From the human T2T-CHM13v2.0 reference genome, Homo sapiens, in assembly GCF_009914755.1 (NCBI RefSeq), contig NC_060930.1: 64,000 bases of DNA. The stretch is one strand, 5' to 3'. The notes beneath the pieces are model-generated. The model did not search any database and was not told where the DNA came from. It saw only the letters and a list, made by a program, of their open reading frames with translations. This document shows, one piece after another, positions 58,146-64,000 of the stretch; the stretch's first letter is position 1, and the number at the start of each line of letters is the position of its first letter. A program made the position numbers and the translations under genes.

Positions 58146-61100
58146 TCGACTCCCACTTATGAGTGAGAGCATGCAGTGTTTGGTTTTCTGTTCCTGTGTT
58201 AGTTTGCTGAAAATGATGGTTTCCAGCTTCATCCATGTCCCTGCAAAGGACATGAACTCATCCTTTCTATGGCTGCATAGTATTCCATGTGACACATTTT
58301 CTTTATCCAGTCTATCACAGATGGGAATTTGGGTTGGTTCCAAGTCTTTGGTATTGTGAATAGTGCTGCAATAAACACATGTGTGCATGTGTCTTTATAG
58401 TACAATGATTTATAATCCTTTGGGTATATATACCCAGTAATGGAATTGCTGGGTCAAATGGTATTTTTGGTTCTAGATCCTTGAGGAATTGCCACACTGT
58501 CTTCCACAATGGTTGAACTAATTTACACTCTCACCAACAGTGTAAAAGCGTTCCTATTTCTCCACATCTTCTCCAGCATCTGTTGTTTCCTGACTTTTTA
58601 ATGATCACCATTCTAAGTGGCGTGAGATGGTATCTCATTGTGGTTTTGATTTGCATTTCTCTAATGACCAGTGACGATGAGCTTTTTTTCATGTTTGTTG
58701 GCTACATAAATGTCTTTTTTTGAGAAGTGTCTGTTCATATCCTTTGCCCATTTTTTGATCAGTGTTTTTGTTTTCTTCTAAATTTGTTTAAGTTCCTTGT
58801 AGATTCTCGACATTAGCCCTTTGTCAGGGGGATAGATTGCAAAAATTTTCCCCCATTCTGTAGGTTGCCTGTTCATTCTGATGATAGTTTCTTTTGCTGT
58901 GCAGAAGCTATTTAGTTTAATTAGATCCCATTTGTCAATTTTGGCTTTTGTTGCCATTGCTTTTGGTGTTTGAGTCATGAAGTCTTTGCCCATGCCTATG
59001 TCTTGAATGATATTGCTTAGGTTTTCTTCTAGGGTTTTTATAGTTTTGGGTCTTACATTTAAGTCTTTAATCCATCTTGAGTTAATTTTTGTGTAAGGTG
59101 TAAGGAAGGGATCCAGTTTCAGTTTTCTGCATATGGCTAGCCAGTTTTCCCAACACCATTTATTAAATAGGGAATCCTTTCCCCATTGCTTGTTTGTGTC
59201 AGGTTTGTCAAAGATTAGATGGTTGTAGATGTGTGGCGCTATTTCTGAGGCCTCTGTTCTGTTCCATTGGTCTATATATCTGTTTTGGTACCAGTACCAT
59301 GCTGTTTGGTTACTGTAGCCTTGTAGTATAGTTTGAAGTCAGGTAGCGTGATGCCTCCAGCTTTGTTCTTTTTCCTTACGAATCTATTGGCTATATGGGG
59401 TCTTTTTTGGTTCCATATGAGATTTAAAGTAGCTTTTTCTAATTCTGTGAAGACAGTCAATGGTAGCTTGATGGGGATAGCACTGAATCTATAAATTACT
59501 TTGGGTAGTATGGCCATTTTCACGATATTGATTCTTCCTATCCATGAGCACGGAATGTTTTTCCATTCGTTTCTGTCCTCTCTTATTGCCTTGAGCAGTG
59601 GTTTGTAGATCTCCTTGAAGAGGTCCTTCACATCCTTTGTAAGTTGGATTCCTAGGTATTTTATTCTCTTTGTAGCAATTGTGAATGGGAGTTCACTCAT
59701 GATTTCACTCTGTGCTTGTCTATTATTGGTGTATAGGAATGCTAATGATTTTTGCACATTGATTTTGTATCCTGACACTTTGCTGAAGTTGCCTATCAGC
59801 TTAAGAAGATACTGGGCTGAGACGGTGGGGTTTTCTAAATATAACAATCATGTCATCTGCAAACAGAGACAATTTGACTTCCTCTCTTCCTATTCGAATA
59901 CTCTTTATTTCTTTCTCTCGCCTGACTGCCACGGACAGAACTTCCAATACTATGTTGAATAGGAGTGGTGAGAGAGGGCATCCTTGTCTTGTGCCAGTTT
60001 TCAAAGGGAATGCTTCCAGCTTTTGCCCACTCAGTATATCGGCTGTGGGTCTGTCATAAATAGCTCTTATTATTTTGAGATACGTTACATCAACACCTAG
60101 TTTATTGAGAGTTGTTAGCATGAAGGGGTTTTGAATTTTATCGAAGGCTTTTTCTGCATCTATTGAGATAATCATGTGGTTTTTGTCATTGGTTCTGTTT
60201 ATGTGATGAATTACGTTTACTCATTTGCGTATGTTGAACACATCCCTTGCATCCCAGGAATGGAGACGACTTGATTGTGGTGGATAAGTTTTTTAATGTG
60301 CTGCTGGATTCGCTTTGCCAGTATTTTATTGAGGATTTTCGCATCAATTTTCATCAGGGATATTGAACTAAAATTTTCTTTTTTTGTTTTCTCTGCCAGG
60401 TTTTGGTATCAGGATGATGCTGTCCTCATAAAATGAGTTAGGGAGGCATCCCTCTTTTTCTGTTATTTGGAATTTTACTAGCTCCTCTTTGTATCCCTGG
60501 TAAATGGTAGTAGCTCCTCTTTGTACCCCTGGTAAAATTCGGCTGTGAATCCATCTTGTTCTGGGCTCTTTTTGTTTGGTAGGCTATTAATTACTGCGTC
60601 AATTTCAGAACTTGTTATTGGTCTATTCAGGGATTCGACTTCTTCCTGGTTTAGTCTTGGGAGGATGTATGTGTCGGGGAATTTATTCATTTCTTCTAGA
60701 TTTTCTAATTTATTTGCATAGAGGTGTTTATAGTATTCTCTGATGGTAGTTTGTATTTCTGTGGGATTAGTGGTGACATCCCCTTTATCATTTTTTATTG
60801 CGTCTATTTGATTCTTCTCTTTTCTTCTTTAATCAGTCTGGCTAGCAGTCTATCTATTTTGTTAATCTTTTAAAAAACCAGCTCCTGGATTCATTAATTT
60901 TTTGAAGGGCTTTTCGTGTCTCTATCTCCTTCAGTTCTGCTCTGATCTTAGTTATTTCCTGTCTTCTGCTAGCTTTCGAATTTGTTTGATCTTGCTTCTC
61001 TAGTTCTTTTAATTGTGATGTTAGGGTGCTGATTTTAGATCTTTCCTGCTTTCTCCTGTGGGCATTTAGTGCTATAAATTTCCCTCTACATACTGCTTTA

Positions 61101-61944
61101 AATGTGTCCTAGAGATTCTGGTACATCACGTCTTTGTTCTCATTGGTTTCAAAGAACTTACTTATTTCTGCCTTAATTTCGTTATGTACCCAGTAGTCAT
61201 TCTTTGTTTAGTTTCCATGTAGTTGTGTGGTTTTGAGTGAGTTTCTTAATCCTGAGTTCTAATTTGATTGCACTGTGGTCTGAGAGGCTGTTTGTTATGA
61301 TTTCCATTCTTTTGCATTTGCTGAGGAGTGTTTTACTTCCAATTATGTGGTTAATTTTAGAATAAGTGCAATGTGGTGCTGAGAAGAATGTATATTCCAT
61401 TGATTTGGGGTGGAGAGTTCTGTAGATGTCTATTAGGTCTGCTTGGTCCAGAGCTGAGTTCAAGTCCTGAATATCTTTGTTAATTTTCTGTCTCGCTGAT
61501 CTGTCTAATATTGACAGTGGGGTGTTAAAGTCTCCCACTATTATTGTGTGGGAGTCTAAGTCTCTTTGTAGGTCTCGAAGAACTTGCTTTATGAATCTGG
61601 GTGCTCCTGTATTGGGTGCATATATATTTAGAAGAGTTAGCTCTTCTTGTTGCATTGATCCCTTTACCATTATGTAATGCCCTTCATTGTCTTTTTTGAT
61701 CTTTGTTGGTTTAAAGTCTGTTTTACCAGAGACTAGGATTGCAACCCGTTTTTTTTTTTTCCCTTCCATTTGCTTGGTAGATATTCCTCCATCTCTTTAT
61801 TTTGAGCCTAAGTGTGTTTCTGCACGTGAGTTGGGTCTCCTGAATACAGCACACCAATGGGTCTTGACTCTATCCAATTTGCCAGTCTGTGTCTTTTAAT
61901 TGGGGCATTTAGCCCATTTACATGTGTGGATTTGATCCTGTCAT
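58146..61944 (-). pseudogene. Disrupted L1 ORF2 (endonuclease / reverse transcriptase)
   Basis: ATGACAGGATCAAAT start at 61944. Fragments 61197-61769 (EN: NIYAPN, VGDFNTPL, SDHSAI), 59801-60175 (RT: [14 protein letters not shown]), 59272-59847 and 58778-58993 are separated by frameshifts and stops. Confidence 0.93.
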
Positions 61945-62007
61945 TATGATGCTAGCTGGTTATTTTGCCCGTTAGTTGATGCAGTTTCTTCACAGTGTCG
62001 ATGGTCT

Positions 62008-63027
62008 TTACAGTATGTTTTTGCAGTAGCTGGTACCGGTTTTTCCTTTCCATATTTAGTGCTTCCTTCAGCAGCTCTTGTAAGGCAGGCCTGGTGGTAA
62101 CAAAATATCTCAGCACTTGCTTGTCTGTAAAAGATTTTATTTCTTCTTTTCTATGAAGCTTAGTTTGGCTGGATATGAAATTCTGGGTTGAAAATTCTTT
62201 TCTTTAAGAATGTTGATTATTGGCCCCCACTCTCTTCTGGCTTGTAGGGTTTCTGCAGAGAGACTGGCTGTTAGTCTCAGGGGCTTCCCTTTCTGGGTAA
62301 CCTGACCTTTCTCTCTGGCTGCCCTTAACATTTTTTCCTTCATTTCAACCTTGGTGAATCTGACAATTATGTGTCTTGGGGTTGCTCTTCTCGAGGAGTA
62401 TCTTTGTGGTGTTTTCTGTATTTCTTGAATTTGAATGTTGGTCTGCCTTGCTAGGTTGGGGAAGTTCTCCTGGATAATATCTTGAAGAGTGTTTTCCAAC
62501 TTGGTTCCATTCTCCCTGTCACTTTCAGGTACATCAATCAAATGTAGGTTTGGTCTTTTCACAAAGTCCCATATTTCTTGGATGCTTTGTTCATTCTTTT
62601 TCATTCTTTTTTCTGTAAACTTGTCTTCACGCTTTATTTCATTAAGTGCATGTTCAACCTCTGATATCCTTTCTTCTGCTTGATTAATCTGGCTATTGAT
62701 ACTTGTGTATGCTTCATGAAGTTCTTGTGCTGTTTTTTTCAGCTCCATCAGGTCATTTATGTTCTTCTCTAAACTGGTTATTCTAGTTAGCAATTCCTCT
62801 AACCTTTTTTCAAGGTTCTTAGCTTCCTTGCATTGGGTTAGAACATGCTCCTTTAGCTCAGAGGAGTTTGTTATTACCCACCTTCTGAAGCCTACTTCTG
62901 TGAATTCGTCAAACTCATTCTCTGTCTAGTTTTTTTCCCTTGCTGGCAAGGAGTTGTGATCCTTTGGAGGAGAAAAGGCGTCCTGGTTTTTGGTATTTTC
63001 AGCCTTTTTGCACTGGTTTTTCCCCAT
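62008..63027 (-). pseudogene. Disrupted L1 ORF1 (coiled coil, RRM, CTD)
   Basis: ATG at 63027 followed by an early in-frame stop. ORF 62137-62793 gives the ORF1p coiled coil and RRM (RPNLHLIDVPE, ARREW, YPAKLSF) before a frameshift. Confidence 0.92.
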
Positions 63028-64000
63028 CTTCTTGGATTTATCTACCTTTGGTCTTTGATGTTGGTGACCTTCAGATAGGGTTTTTGTGTGGACATCCTTT
63101 TGTTGATGTTGATGCTCTTCCTTTCTGTTTGTTAGTTTTCCTTCAAACAGTCAGGCCCCTCTGCTGCAGGTCTGCTGGAGTTTGCTGGAAGCCAACTCCA
63201 GACCCTGTTTGTCTGGATGTCACCAGCAGAGGCTGCAGAACAGCAAAGATTGCTGCCTGGTCCTTCCTCTGGAAGCTTTGTCCCAGAGGGCCACCCGCCA
63301 GATGCCAGCCAGAGCTCTCCTGTATGAGGTGTCTGTTGACCCCTGCTGGGAGGTGTCTCCCAGTCGGGAGGCACGGGGGTCATGGATCCACGTGAGGAGG
63401 CAGTCTGTCCCTTAGCAGAGCTTGAGTCCTATGTTGGGAGATCTGCTGCTCTCTTCAGAGCCAGCAGGCAGAAACATTTAAGTCTGTTGAAGCTGCACCC
63501 ACAGCCGCCCCTTCCCCCAGGTGCTCTGTCCCAGGGAGATGTGAGTTTTATCTATAAGCCCCTGACTGGGGCTGCAGCCTTTGTTTCAGAGATGTCCTGC
63601 CCAGAGAGGAGTAATCTAGAGAGGCAGTCTGGCTACAGCAGCTTTGTTGAGCTGCAGGGGGCTCCACTCAGTTCGAACTTCCTGGAGGCTTTGTTTATAC
63701 TGTGAGGGGAAAACTGCCTACTCAAGCTTCAGTAATGGTGGACACCCCTCCCCCCACCAAGCTCCAGCACCCCAGGTCGACTTCAGACTGCTGTGCTGGC
63801 AGCAAGAATTTCAAGCCAGTGGATCTTAGCTTGCTGGGATCTGTGGGGGTGGGATCCGCTGAGCTGGACCACTTGGCTCCCTGGCTTCAGCCCCCTTTCC
63901 AGGGGGGTAAACGGTTCTGTCTTGCTGGCGTTCCAGGCACCACTGGGGTATGAAAAGAAACAAAACAAAACAAACAGCAGCTAGCTCAGTGTCTGCCCAG

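Larger units (their letters stand above)
57926..64000 (-). mobile_element. Near full-length decayed L1PA7-like element; 5' UTR continues past the window edge
   Basis: 3' UTR, ORF2 (EN, RT FADD motif near 59850, C-terminal domain), ORF1 and more than 970 bp of 5' UTR in order. The ORF1 N-terminus (MGKNQCKKAEN...GFRRWVITNSSELKEHVLTQCKEAKNL) and 3' UTR motifs are L1PA7-like. The tail has become (TA)n. Confidence 0.95.

Noticed and set aside
62940-63984. Cluster of ORFs in the GC-richer right end
   Set aside because: They lie in the L1 5' UTR/ORF1 start, where higher GC gives chance open frames. I could not identify an intact ORF0.

Overview
Human (primate) genomic DNA: AT-rich and dense in Alu, L1, MIR, L2, MaLR/ERVL LTR and DNA-transposon relics. 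The only real protein-coding sequence is the last coding exon of OGFRL1 (+ strand, 3823-4486), recognised from its OGFr-domain motif HNYLRITRILKSLGELG...KQSALEYF...FIWGP, which places the window at chr6q13. It is followed by a proximal poly(A) signal (4686) and a probable ~6.8 kb long 3' UTR ending at a UGUA-rich distal signal (11289). The rest is intergenic, running toward the minus-strand MIR30C2/MIR30A/LINC00472 region, which from memory lies beyond the right edge; no miR-30 hairpin is in the window. It contains several 5'-truncated L1s with readable target-site duplications, a near full-length decayed L1PA7-type element running off the right edge, and a 410-bp perfectly alternating pyrimidine-purine minisatellite. 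Almost all other ORFs in the track are repeat-derived or chance ORFs. I see no convincing new biological system. The best leads are an alternative-polyadenylation switch that adds miR-30 seed sites and TE sequence to the OGFRL1 mRNA, the palindromic RY minisatellite, clustered L1 truncation points, a templated-insertion repair scar, and candidate CTCF and ETS-CRE/AP-1 elements. Repeat subfamily calls come from remembered consensus motifs, and boundaries of old repeats are approximate.
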